From Myxococcales bacterium (lineage in GTDB: Bacteria > Myxococcota_A > Polyangia > Polyangiales > Polyangiaceae): 64,000 bases of DNA. Shown here one piece after another: positions 37,338 through 49,189 of this stretch. The notes beneath the pieces were generated by a model. That model worked only from the letters and a program-made list of their open reading frames with translations, did no database searches and had not been told where the DNA came from. Numbering within the stretch: the stretch's first letter is position 1; each line of letters starts with the position of its first letter. Position numbers and translations under genes: made by a program. The stretch spans positions 32,001 to 96,000 of the forward strand of contig JAYTOU010000017.1 in NCBI GenBank assembly GCA_043747615.1, read 5' to 3'.

Positions 37338-38195
37338 ATGAAGGGCATGGCGATGTGCTGCGTTCTCGCGGCGATCCTCCCGCTCGCCTGCCAGCCTCTC
37401 CGAAACGCGACCGCCTCAGCAATCGTCGTCTCGCCCAATCGAGGCAACCCCGTCCCCACGAAGAGGGACGGAGAGCACACGGTCTCGGTCGGTCCGCCGA
37501 GCGCCACGCTCTCGCTCGAGATCATCGATTGCAAAAATCCGCGGGGCACCGTCTTCGTCTTGCACGGCATTCGAGCGGACCGGACGAGCCTGCGGAGCTG
37601 GGGCGAGATGCTGGCGGCAGCGTCGTTCCGCGCCATCCTCGTGGACCTTCGTGGCCACGGGCGTTCCACGGGCGACGGTCTTTCTTACGGCGTTATCGAA
37701 TCACGCGATCTGGCGCAGGCCTTGGACGCACTGCTGGCAGGAGGTCTGCACGTTGGCTCGGTTGGAGTGATGGGCTTTTCTTACGGCGCAGCTACGGGCA
37801 TCCAATGGGCTGCGATTGACGCGCGAATCAGGGCCGTGGTGGCCGTCGCGTCGTTTTCGAGCTTGCGGGCGATCGTCCAAGGCTACGCGCCCGTGCCGCT
37901 CACTACCGACTTCGTGAACGGCGCCGTCGACCTCGCCGGCAAGCAAGGCGGATTCGATCCCGACGCGGCGAGCCCGGTCGTCGCCATCGCCCGCACGCGC
38001 GCTGCCGTGCTCCTCATTCATGGAACGGAAGACCGCCAGGTCCCTGCGTGGCACTCGGAGCTCATCTTCGCCGCGCGACCCGACCGCACCGAGCTCGTCT
38101 TGGTGCCCGATGCCGCGCACGATTCGATCGTTGACGACGCCGTCATCGACGAGCGTGTCCCGAGCTGGCTCGCCGCGCACTTGGCGCGCGAATGA
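37338..38195 (+). CDS. Alpha/beta-hydrolase lipoprotein
   Basis: Lipobox PLAC; VLHG; DLRGHGRS; GFSYG; HGTED; AAH. Confidence 0.9.
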   Translation: MKGMAMCCVLAAILPLACQPLRNATASAIVVSPNRGNPVPTKRDGEHTVSVGPPSATLSLEIIDCKNPRGTVFVLHGIRADRTSLRSWGEMLAAASFRAILVDLRGHGRSTGDGLSYGVIESRDLAQALDALLAGGLHVGSVGVMGFSYGAATGIQWAAIDARIRAVVAVASFSSLRAIVQGYAPVPLTTDFVNGAVDLAGKQGGFDPDAASPVVAIARTRAAVLLIHGTEDRQVPAWHSELIFAARPDRTELVLVPDAAHDSIVDDAVIDERVPSWLAAHLARE

Positions 38196-40162
38196 GCTCG
38201 GTCGCACCGTGGAAAAACGGGTGCGTGGTTCTTGTCGCCCTTCTGGTCGTCCTCGTTTGTTCGCGGGCGGCGGCCGCTCCCGCGGAGTCGAGGCTCGTCT
38301 CGCAGGCTCGTGCGCTCAGACTCGCTCAGACGCTTTCGTGGCAACGGCTAGTCCACTACCGGCCGGGCGGGTGGCGCAATCCGGTGAGCGAGCTCGATGG
38401 ACGTGCGTTCTTTCTTTCGCCCAGTGGGAGGACCGATCCCGAAGCCGAGCTTGAGGCCACGTTGAACGCGTTCCTGTCGCCGGTCGTCCCAGGCCAGGAA
38501 GATGCGCATGCCCTTTGCCGCTTTCCGGCGCGTCGTTTTTGGCTCGACCGAGAGCTGCACTTCGAAGCTGCTCTGCACGCCCCGAGGTGCCCGCGCCTCG
38601 AGAGCTACGACGCGGCCCTCGACCTGGAGTCCATCGCTGTCGTCTACTCGGGGAGCTACCTCAACGCTCCCGAGTCCGCTTTTGGGCACACGTTCCTCCG
38701 CCTCCGGAAACGACGGCCGCCGGGCGCGACGGAGAGCGCCGAGACGCTCGACTACGGGCTCGACTTCGTAGCCGTCCCCGACACTCATCATTTCGCTCTC
38801 TATGCGTTCAAGGGACTCACCGGATTCTTTCCCGGCGTTTTGCGATTTCACTCTTACGAGTACAAGACCCGCGAGTACGGCAATCATGAAGCGCGGGATC
38901 TCTGGGAGTACGATCTTGCGCTTACCCCTCACGAGGTCAGGCTCTTCGCGCTGCATCTCTGGGAGCTGTCAGGCGCGCACATCGACTACTTCTACCTGAG
39001 CAAAAATTGCTCGTACGGCGTGCTTACGTTGGTCGAAGCGGCGGCGCCGCGCGTCGATCTCGTGTCGCGCTTGAACGAGGTGGTGCTGCCCACGGACACG
39101 ATCAAAGCGCTCACCACGATCCCCGAGCTGGTGCGAGGGGTTCACTACAGGCCTTCGCGACGCAGCCAATTTCGAGCGCAGGTGGCGAGTCTGAGCGCCC
39201 GAGACGAAGACATGGCCGAGCGACTTACGCTCGACCCGAACGCGGCGATGCCAAGCACGTTTACGACCGCCGAGAGCGCTACGACACTGGATGCGGCGGT
39301 GCTCGTTCTCGACACACGCTTCGCCACGGCGTTTGGATTGAGCCGCGCTCCTGAGGTCGTCGCTGCACGGTCATCGCTCGTCCAGCGTCGCGCCCGCCTC
39401 TCCGCGCCTCTTCCCCTTCCTTCGTCCGATGTTCCTTTGCCCGGTAGTCCGGCTCGGGCGACGCCGCCGCTCGACAAGGCGCCCGACCGCGGGCATCGCT
39501 CGATGCGCCTCACGATGGGAAGCGGCATCACGACGCAATACGGTGACAGCTTCGGCACGCTTGGCTACCGCCTGACGCTGCACGATCTCGTGGATCCGCC
39601 GAACGGCGAGGCAGAGCTCTCCCTCGTGCAGCTCCTCGACACGCAGCTTCGTTTCGACGTCGCGCGACGAAAGCTGACGCTGGACACGCTGACCTTTGCC
39701 GAAATTCTTGCGCTCAATCCGCTCACCCGCTTCGAGAAAGTGCTTTCGTGGCGTGCGCGAGCCTTTGGGATGCGCCTCCACGATCGCGCTTGCCCAGACG
39801 GCTTCGCGCACGGTCTCGACGGCTCCGTCGGAGGGACAATCGCTTCGCAGAACGAGCACTTCGCCCTCTTCGTAATGGCAGATGCGTACGTCGCTTTTTC
39901 GGGCGCACTCGACGGAATCGGCGGCAGCGTCGTTCGGGTGGGCGTTGGACCGTACGCAGGATTGCGCGCGCGCCTGCCGAGCGAAACCGTAGGACTTCTG
40001 ACCGCGAGCTGGTCCTACTTGCCCGCTCAGAGCTTGCGCGGCACGTACGACGTTCGCGCATCTTTCCGGAGAGCTCTCGGTAACGATGTCGCGCTCGGCG
40101 TGGAAGCGGCAATGCAGCCGTCCTCCGTCGAGGCGCAACTTCGTTCGTACCTCTATTTCTGA
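38192..40162 (+). CDS. DUF4105 (Lnb N-terminal-like) protein with C-terminal beta-barrel
   Basis: CRFPAR; SAFGHTFLR; RDLWEYDL; Y..KNCS; terminal YLYF; ATGA overlap. Confidence 0.85.
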   Translation: MSSVAPWKNGCVVLVALLVVLVCSRAAAAPAESRLVSQARALRLAQTLSWQRLVHYRPGGWRNPVSELDGRAFFLSPSGRTDPEAELEATLNAFLSPVVPGQEDAHALCRFPARRFWLDRELHFEAALHAPRCPRLESYDAALDLESIAVVYSGSYLNAPESAFGHTFLRLRKRRPPGATESAETLDYGLDFVAVPDTHHFALYAFKGLTGFFPGVLRFHSYEYKTREYGNHEARDLWEYDLALTPHEVRLFALHLWELSGAHIDYFYLSKNCSYGVLTLVEAAAPRVDLVSRLNEVVLPTDTIKALTTIPELVRGVHYRPSRRSQFRAQVASLSARDEDMAERLTLDPNAAMPSTFTTAESATTLDAAVLVLDTRFATAFGLSRAPEVVAARSSLVQRRARLSAPLPLPSSDVPLPGSPARATPPLDKAPDRGHRSMRLTMGSGITTQYGDSFGTLGYRLTLHDLVDPPNGEAELSLVQLLDTQLRFDVARRKLTLDTLTFAEILALNPLTRFEKVLSWRARAFGMRLHDRACPDGFAHGLDGSVGGTIASQNEHFALFVMADAYVAFSGALDGIGGSVVRVGVGPYAGLRARLPSETVGLLTASWSYLPAQSLRGTYDVRASFRRALGNDVALGVEAAMQPSSVEAQLRSYLYF

Positions 40163-40252
40163 GTGGGCTCCACGGATTGACAATTTGCCACGATTCGCGC
40201 GCGAATTTCGGCTGAGCAGCGCAGCTTTTCATGGATCGTCATTTGCAGCTTC

Positions 40253-40669
40253 TTGTCCGTCGTGCAGGAAAGTCCCGCTCACGCCCTGCGCCCAATCTCG
40301 GCCCTCGATTGCATTCGAGTCCTGCATCGTCTGGGGTTTCGAATCATCCATCGCGCTCGCGATCTCGTGCTGATGGAGCGGGAAAGGACGTCGGCGCCGC
40401 AAATCGCGCGCGTGCCTAGAACGAAGCCCCTTCCCCAAGATGCGCTCGCGGAGATTCTCGACAGCGCGGGCCTGTGCCTTCCGCTTTTCTTGGCGTTCCT
40501 CGATGGGCCTACGAAGGTCTGTGGGTGCTGCGGATATCCCTACAGCGCGAGCGCGTGGAAGGCGCTGCAGCGGATGGGGACGATGCACGACGACGCGGGA
40601 AGGCCGCTCGACCTACGGACGTGCGCGAAGTGTTTCTCCTGCATGGTCATTCGACCCGTCGACGAGTGA
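40253..40669 (+). CDS. Degenerate HicA-like domain fused to a Cys-rich zinc ribbon
   Basis: ISALDCIRVLHRLGF...VP..KPLPQDALAEILDSAGL...FLAFL follows the HicA pattern; followed by CGCC...CAKC. Confidence 0.55.
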   Translation: MSVVQESPAHALRPISALDCIRVLHRLGFRIIHRARDLVLMERERTSAPQIARVPRTKPLPQDALAEILDSAGLCLPLFLAFLDGPTKVCGCCGYPYSASAWKALQRMGTMHDDAGRPLDLRTCAKCFSCMVIRPVDE

Positions 40670-40868
40670 AGCCCCTGCAGCCGCTGCTCGTCCTCGTGGT
40701 CACCCGCGGCCGGGCTTGGGACCAACGCCCAGATCGTGAAACGATTGGATCGAGCACAAAGCCACGGTCCACGCATGTCCGAGCCGCCCGCCAATGACTG
40801 CCTGAGGATGGCCCAAGCCTCCTTGGTGGTCGTGCGCCCCCTCGTAAGCTCGAAACGTCAAAAGCGGA

Positions 40869-40895
40869 AGGCGAGCGTCTTCGGGACGCCCGCCT
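40869..40895 (-). terminator. GC-rich hairpin after the GlsB/YeaQ gene
   Basis: AGGCGAGCGTC-TTCGG-GACGCCCGCCT stem with one mismatch; short T-tract on the minus strand. Confidence 0.45.
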
Positions 40896-40922
40896 AGAGG
40901 AACAGCATTGAGGTCAGACGAG

Positions 40923-41192
40923 TTAGACGCGCGACAGTCGACCGCCACCGCCGACGATGGCGTGCTTGACGCCGATGACGACAATGGCGCCAATCGTTGC
41001 GACGATGAGGCTGTAGATGTTGAAGCCGTCTACTCCGCTCGCTCCGACGAGGTTGAAGAGGAACCCGCCGACCACTGCGCCTACGACGCCGAGGATGATG
41101 TCGAGGAAGCCGCCTTCACCCTTGCCGTTCATGACCTTGCTCGAAATGAAACCTGCGATGAGACCGAGAACTATCCAGGCGATGATGGACAT
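40923..41192 (-). CDS. GlsB/YeaQ/YmgE-family stress-response membrane protein
   Basis: MSIIAWIVLGLIAGFI...ILGVVGAVVGGFLF...SLIVATIGA. Confidence 0.95.
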   Translation of the reverse strand: MSIIAWIVLGLIAGFISSKVMNGKGEGGFLDIILGVVGAVVGGFLFNLVGASGVDGFNIYSLIVATIGAIVVIGVKHAIVGGGGRLSRV

Positions 41193-41255
41193 GGTGATGA
41201 ACCTTTCCTTCTGTGGATCGTGGGTGACGCGTTAGTCGCTGCGTCATTCACCTTC

Positions 41256-41272
41256 AGCAAGGCGCGGGCCAA
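41256..41272 (-). promoter_or_regulatory. Putative sigma54 promoter
   Basis: TTGGCCCGCGCCTTGCT. Confidence 0.65.
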
Positions 41273-41495
41273 TCGTGCTACCGCAGCTTCCGATCCAGCC
41301 TGGTCTCGCGTAATTTTCACCCGCAAACCGTATCTTCACGGTTGGCGAGCGTGAGAGTCGCGTGAGACGGGAGTGTCGATGTGCGTGCGAAGGCGCCTCA
41401 ACGGGTGACATTTGCCACGCCACGCTCTCGCGCGTGACGCACCGCAGCCACGATTTCACGTGGCCACGGCACCCAGCTCGACGCCCGCCGAGGCG

Positions 41496-44299
<2,804 letters not shown>

Positions 44300-44306
44300 T
44301 ATTCCT

Positions 44307-44327
44307 AGTTGCGAATCGTTCGCAACT
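44307..44327. promoter_or_regulatory. Fur-box-like inverted repeat
   Basis: AGTTGCGAA-TCG-TTCGCAACT, a perfect 9-3-9 inverted repeat 7 nt upstream of the fur ATG. Confidence 0.7.
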
Positions 44328-44452
44328 GGCACCGTAGGCAAACAAGGACGCCGAAGCAAGCGCTCCCCCGCAAAACATTGGCCACGCTTCCTTTCAGCCG
44401 GCGCGTAACGACCCGGCGCGTCGGCAAGGCACGCGTGCAGCACGATGACGGT

Positions 44453-45007
44453 TCACGGCCGGTGGGGTAGCTCGGTGCCGAGCAGGTGATCCCAGATCGC
44501 GGTCGACGTGTCGAAGTTCCCGTCGTGACGTCGGTGATGCGCGTCGTGACGGCGCTGCCGGCGGGCGAGCCACCCGTTCCCCGTGAAGCGGCGATCATGC
44601 AGCGTGTGGTGGAGAGCACCTTCGAAAAAGTGCGCGAGGAGCATCCCGCCTGCGAACACCGCCGCGCCTGGGGGCGCGAACACGACTCGGCCGAGCGCAA
44701 ACGTGGCTGCGCACGTCAAGAGACTCAGGAAGAATGGCGTCGCGATGAGCGCTGTCGGTCGCGCGTGGTGCTCGGCGTGAAGCGCCACAGCGTTCGAGGG
44801 CTCGGCAGCGTGAAACCACCAACGGTGAAACGCGTAGCGGTAGAAGGAGCTGATGGCGATGCCCGCGAAGAGCACTGCCAGCGCCGCGAGCACCGAGCCG
44901 CAATAGGTGGCGATGCCCACCACCACGAGCGCCGTCGAGATGCCCGCGTCGAGGACGAAGGCGCACCAGTAGTTGGCCGGGCTGGTGGTCATCCGATCGA
45001 GATTCAT
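44453..45007 (-). CDS. Sterol desaturase / fatty-acid hydroxylase superfamily membrane enzyme
   Basis: His boxes HRWWFH, HAEHH, HHTLH, HDAHH; NF...WDHLLGT; ATGA overlap with the NRPS. Confidence 0.9.
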   Translation of the reverse strand: MNLDRMTTSPANYWCAFVLDAGISTALVVVGIATYCGSVLAALAVLFAGIAISSFYRYAFHRWWFHAAEPSNAVALHAEHHARPTALIATPFFLSLLTCAATFALGRVVFAPPGAAVFAGGMLLAHFFEGALHHTLHDRRFTGNGWLARRQRRHDAHHRRHDGNFDTSTAIWDHLLGTELPHRP

Positions 45008-48000
45008 GGACGCACCCGTACTACACCGCGCCCATCGACGACCGCGCGGAGAACCTCGAGGATGCGATCGCTTATCTCCTCGAGACCCACCTGGTCCATG
45101 CCGCCGCCGTACAGGTTGATCACGAGATGGCCGCAATCGCTCCGCGTGACGTGTACCTGTAGGGTCGTGTCGAGCAGGAGATCGGTGTTGATCATGAGAT
45201 CACCGGGTTTGACGAGCATCGCGAACTCGCGCCGGCGCTGCACGCAGAGGCCCTCGTTCGGCTCGTAGACCTCGGGCAAGATGTTCACCGCGATCAGTAT
45301 ATCGCGGGTGCGGGGAGTCCGGCGACAGAGGCGCCCCCACGCGCGACGCATGACGCCCGCCGGATAAGGCACGAGCGCAAAGAAGTACTCCGCAAGCAAG
45401 TCGGGCTCGGCGTCTTTCCACCGCCGCGACAGCGCTGCACCGACGCGCACGACGAGCGCCCTCAACGGGCCCGGCGCGTTCGTCCAAAAGTCGTTGAAGA
45501 GCGTCGGTCGGCGCATCTGGTGATCAGCGTGGACATAGGAAATAGCCAGCTGCGCGCCGAGCCGTGCGACGAGCTCGTCGAGCGTGCCAGCTCCACTGTC
45601 GGCGATGCTGCAGCGCATGAGGGCGGTCAGGTTCGAGAAAAGATCGCGGGTAGGATCGAGCACGCGCTTGTCCAGTATGAGGAGGAGCGTCACGTCATCG
45701 GTCTCCGCGGTGCGCACCATCGCTGCGTAGACCGCACTGGTCACGGCCATCGGCACTGTCAGCGCACGCTGCCGGCAGTACGCGTCGAGGCGCCCCACGA
45801 GATCGGGCGGCAGCTCGCGCGAGGACAACGCCCGGGCGCTCTCACCCGCAAGCTTGGTCGTGAAGAGTCGGGCGGGCATCGTGGTCCACGCCGGCCGCCT
45901 CGTTTGCCAGTATGCAGCCTGGTGCTCGATTTCTTCTGCCCCGGACGCGCGCTCCCAGCGCACGAGATCGGCGAGGCTCGCAGTGGCGCGGCGTGCAGGC
46001 GTGGTGCCTTCGTAGCTCGTCTCGAGCGCACGGAGGAAGAGACCCATTGCCGCCATGTCGCCGACGAGGTGCGGCATCGCGACGAGCAGGCGATCGTCAC
46101 CGCCGGGGAGACGAACGAGGCGCGCGTGGATGTGCGGCGGCATCGCGAGATCGAAGTGGAGAGTGTTGTTGGCGTCGGATTCGTCCTGCAGCGCGTTCGC
46201 GCCACCGCTCGCGCGACGATCTACGATCGCAAAGCGCGACGTTCGCCGCGGACGAATGGTCTGCACCGGCGACCAACGCGAAAAGCTCATCCACAAGGCG
46301 TCGAACCCCGCGACAGTATCGCTGTAGGCCTGCTGCAGTCGCTCTACGTCGATGGCCTTCGTGAACCGGAAGGCGTCGCTCACGACAGCGTCTGCGCCGG
46401 TGAGCGCGGAGAAAAACCAGAACGGAAATTGGTAGAGGGTGAGTGGAAGCTCGCTTGGAAGCGCAGCTCCGGAGACGACGAGAGGCGCACGCTTAGACGC
46501 GGCTCCCGGGCCGAGCCCGTCGAGGTGGGCAGCCAACGCGGAAATCGTGGGGTGTGCAAAGATCGCCTGGATCGGAACGGGGATAGCGAACTCATCGCGC
46601 AGCCTCGCTGCAATCCGGATGGCGGCGAGCGAGTGGCCACCGACATCGTAGAAGCTCTCGGTGCGGCCTATGGGTCCACACGCGAGGCCGGCCTCCCAGG
46701 CAGCGGCAACGCGACGCTCGGTGTCTGTGAGGGCGACCGAGAGCGCGGCCCGGTCGATCTTTCCGTTGGCATTCCGCGGAAGCGCATCCATCGCTACGAA
46801 CCGACTCGGGGTCATGCCGTCTGGGACACGACTCGCGAAGTGGGTCCGCAGCTCACCGGGCTCGAGCGCGCGGTCAGCCGTGTAAAACGCGACGAGCGTG
46901 CGCCGCTCGCGCCCATCCTCCTCGGCGATAGCCACCGTGCGCCGAATGCCTGAAAAGAGCCCAAGAATCGCCTCGATCTCGTCGAGATCGACTCGCATGC
47001 CGCGAATCTTGACCTGCCGATCGGATCGCCCGACGCACTCGAGGTCTCCGCTCGCGAGGCGCCTCCCGAGATCGCCGGTACGGAAGAGCACGCCGCCATC
47101 GGCGGAGCGGTTCGCGTTGAAGCGCGCGCGTGTGAGCTCCGGGAGACCGAGGTAACCACGGGCGAGGCACTGCCCGGAGATACAGATCTCACCGACCTCG
47201 CCGTCCCTCACTTCAGCGAGGGTCTCGTCGACGATCCGCACCTGCACGCCGCGGATCGGGCGTCCGATGGGAGATCGTGCAGCGCCGGCGGGGAGGTGAT
47301 CGAAATCGAAATAGGTTGCGTCGCCCGCGACCTCGGTCGACCCGTAGAGGTTGACGAGCTTGCGTCCGGGCATCGCGTGCTTGAAGAGCGTCGCGAGCGG
47401 CGTCGGCACCGGCTCGCCACTTACGAAGCAATAGCGAAGAAGAGGCAGGCGGTCGCCGAGATCGGGAGAGACCTCGAAGAGCGTGCTGAGGAGCGACGGC
47501 ACGAGGACGATGCGAGTCACGCGCGCCGCAGCGAGATCGGCGATCATGAGCTCGAGGTCTTGCCGCGCTTCACGGCTGACGACGACCAGCGGAACACCAA
47601 AGGCGAGCGGCGCAAAGATCTCGGCGACCGAATCGACGAAGCCAAGCGCGGTGCGCGCGCAAGCGATCTCACCGGCCGCATACGGGTAGGTCTCCTCCGC
47701 CCAGCGAAGGCGATTGACGGCCGCGCGATGCAGTCCGACCACGCCCTTCGGACGTCCGGTGGAGCCCGATGTGTAGAGGATGTGCATCGCGTTGCCGGCG
47801 CTCACCAGAGACTCGAGGGCGCCCGGCGTGGTCGGCTCGGCGAGACGATCGGCGATGGCCGCGTGGGTGAGCACCACGTCGAGACGCGCGTCTGCAAAAA
47901 TGGACTCGCGCCACGAACGCGGTGAAGAGGGATCAAGTGGCACATACGCGCCGCCTGCCTTGAGGATTGCAAGGAGCGCCACGATCATGTCGGCCGACGG

Positions 48001-48204
48001 ATCGCAGCACAGGCCGACAGCGCTCTCGACGGTGACACCCGACGCATGGAGCGACTTCGCGAGACGGTCCGCGCGCTGGTCGACCTCGCAGTAGGTCAGG
48101 CGGAGACTTCCGTCGATCAAGGCAACGGCGGACGGAGTCCTCGCGACCTGGGCTTCGAAGAGCTGGTGAACGCAGCGCTCGTCGTTCCCTATTCCCGCGC
48201 TCAT
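45004..48204 (-). CDS. Stand-alone NRPS-like protein, A-T-C
   Basis: A: LKAGGAYVPLD, YTSGSTGRPKG, NLYGSTE, RTGD, NGKIDR. T: GGHSL. C-like: PHLVGD. No TE. Confidence 0.92.
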   Translation of the reverse strand: MSAGIGNDERCVHQLFEAQVARTPSAVALIDGSLRLTYCEVDQRADRLAKSLHASGVTVESAVGLCCDPSADMIVALLAILKAGGAYVPLDPSSPRSWRESIFADARLDVVLTHAAIADRLAEPTTPGALESLVSAGNAMHILYTSGSTGRPKGVVGLHRAAVNRLRWAEETYPYAAGEIACARTALGFVDSVAEIFAPLAFGVPLVVVSREARQDLELMIADLAAARVTRIVLVPSLLSTLFEVSPDLGDRLPLLRYCFVSGEPVPTPLATLFKHAMPGRKLVNLYGSTEVAGDATYFDFDHLPAGAARSPIGRPIRGVQVRIVDETLAEVRDGEVGEICISGQCLARGYLGLPELTRARFNANRSADGGVLFRTGDLGRRLASGDLECVGRSDRQVKIRGMRVDLDEIEAILGLFSGIRRTVAIAEEDGRERRTLVAFYTADRALEPGELRTHFASRVPDGMTPSRFVAMDALPRNANGKIDRAALSVALTDTERRVAAAWEAGLACGPIGRTESFYDVGGHSLAAIRIAARLRDEFAIPVPIQAIFAHPTISALAAHLDGLGPGAASKRAPLVVSGAALPSELPLTLYQFPFWFFSALTGADAVVSDAFRFTKAIDVERLQQAYSDTVAGFDALWMSFSRWSPVQTIRPRRTSRFAIVDRRASGGANALQDESDANNTLHFDLAMPPHIHARLVRLPGGDDRLLVAMPHLVGDMAAMGLFLRALETSYEGTTPARRATASLADLVRWERASGAEEIEHQAAYWQTRRPAWTTMPARLFTTKLAGESARALSSRELPPDLVGRLDAYCRQRALTVPMAVTSAVYAAMVRTAETDDVTLLLILDKRVLDPTRDLFSNLTALMRCSIADSGAGTLDELVARLGAQLAISYVHADHQMRRPTLFNDFWTNAPGPLRALVVRVGAALSRRWKDAEPDLLAEYFFALVPYPAGVMRRAWGRLCRRTPRTRDILIAVNILPEVYEPNEGLCVQRRREFAMLVKPGDLMINTDLLLDTTLQVHVTRSDCGHLVINLYGGGMDQVGLEEISDRILEVLRAVVDGRGVVRVRP

Positions 48205-48349
48205 CGCTGCAGCTTAGTCTGTTTGAATGTTTTCCCGGCGCGGTGTTGGGCGCGGCTCACTCTTGTGTGCTGGCTCTTGTGTGTCGGCCCGCGGGTGAGT
48301 ATCCAAAAGTGTCATCGATATTTCGTCGATGTCACGAGGAGAGACGATC

Positions 48350-48931
48350 ATGGCGCTACTGCGTAGAGGACTGTCGGGTGAACCCGTTCGAATTCTTCAA
48401 GGCAAGCTTGGAGTGAACGCCGACGGGGTATTCGGACAGGGCACGGAGGCGGCCCTCATCGAATACCAGAAGGCGAATGGGCTCTCCGCGGACGGCATCG
48501 CGGGCCCCGACACCTTCACGCAGATGGGCTTGCACGAGCTCGTGATCGTCACCAAGGGCATTCGCGGCGAGATGGTCAAGCGCGTTCAGACGGCGCTCGG
48601 CGCAGGCGCCGACGGCGAGTTCGGGCACGGGACCGAGGCGGCCGTGAAAAAGTTCCAGACGGACAATGGCATCGAGGCCACGGGCCAGGCCGATCCGACG
48701 ACGCTCGCAGCGATGCCGGGGTTCCCGGAGTTTACGCCCGAGAAGGTCGCGGCGTCGGTCGTGAGCGAATCCACTCCGCAGGTGGACACATCAGCGCTCG
48801 CGTCAGCGCAGGCCGAGGCACCTCCCGCACCGTCTTTTCTGCAGAAGGTCGAGCACGGAATCGTGGCCGCGGTCGAGGCTCCGTTCGTCATCGGCAAATC
48901 GATCTGGAGCACGGTGAAGAGCATCTTCTGA
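48350..48931 (+). CDS. Peptidoglycan-binding protein (two PG_binding_1 domains)
   Basis: ADG(V/E)FG.GTEAA...(Y/F)Q..NG(L/I) occurs twice; AGGAG SD. Confidence 0.9.
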   Translation: MALLRRGLSGEPVRILQGKLGVNADGVFGQGTEAALIEYQKANGLSADGIAGPDTFTQMGLHELVIVTKGIRGEMVKRVQTALGAGADGEFGHGTEAAVKKFQTDNGIEATGQADPTTLAAMPGFPEFTPEKVAASVVSESTPQVDTSALASAQAEAPPAPSFLQKVEHGIVAAVEAPFVIGKSIWSTVKSIF

Positions 48932-49189
48932 CACGGAACGCGCGTCGCGAGACGAAGGAGAGCCATCAAGGCGGCGAGCGCGGTCGATCTTTTCTGCATG
49001 TTCGTCACTCCAAGTCGGAAAGTTAGCTTAGTGCTGTTCGCACCTCGCCGAGTGCCGGCACCGGATTGCCACGGGTGTTGCCGTTAGCGCTCAGGTGGTC
49101 GTCCGTTCGATTCTCGCGAGCGCGCGACCGTTCGACCTACGCCGACATCGTACGGCCGAACGGGCTACTTCTTCTTTGAGGATCTACGA

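Noticed and set aside
49055..49070. CCGGCACCGGATTGCC as a sigma54 promoter
   Set aside because: GG-to-GC spacing is 9, not the required 10.
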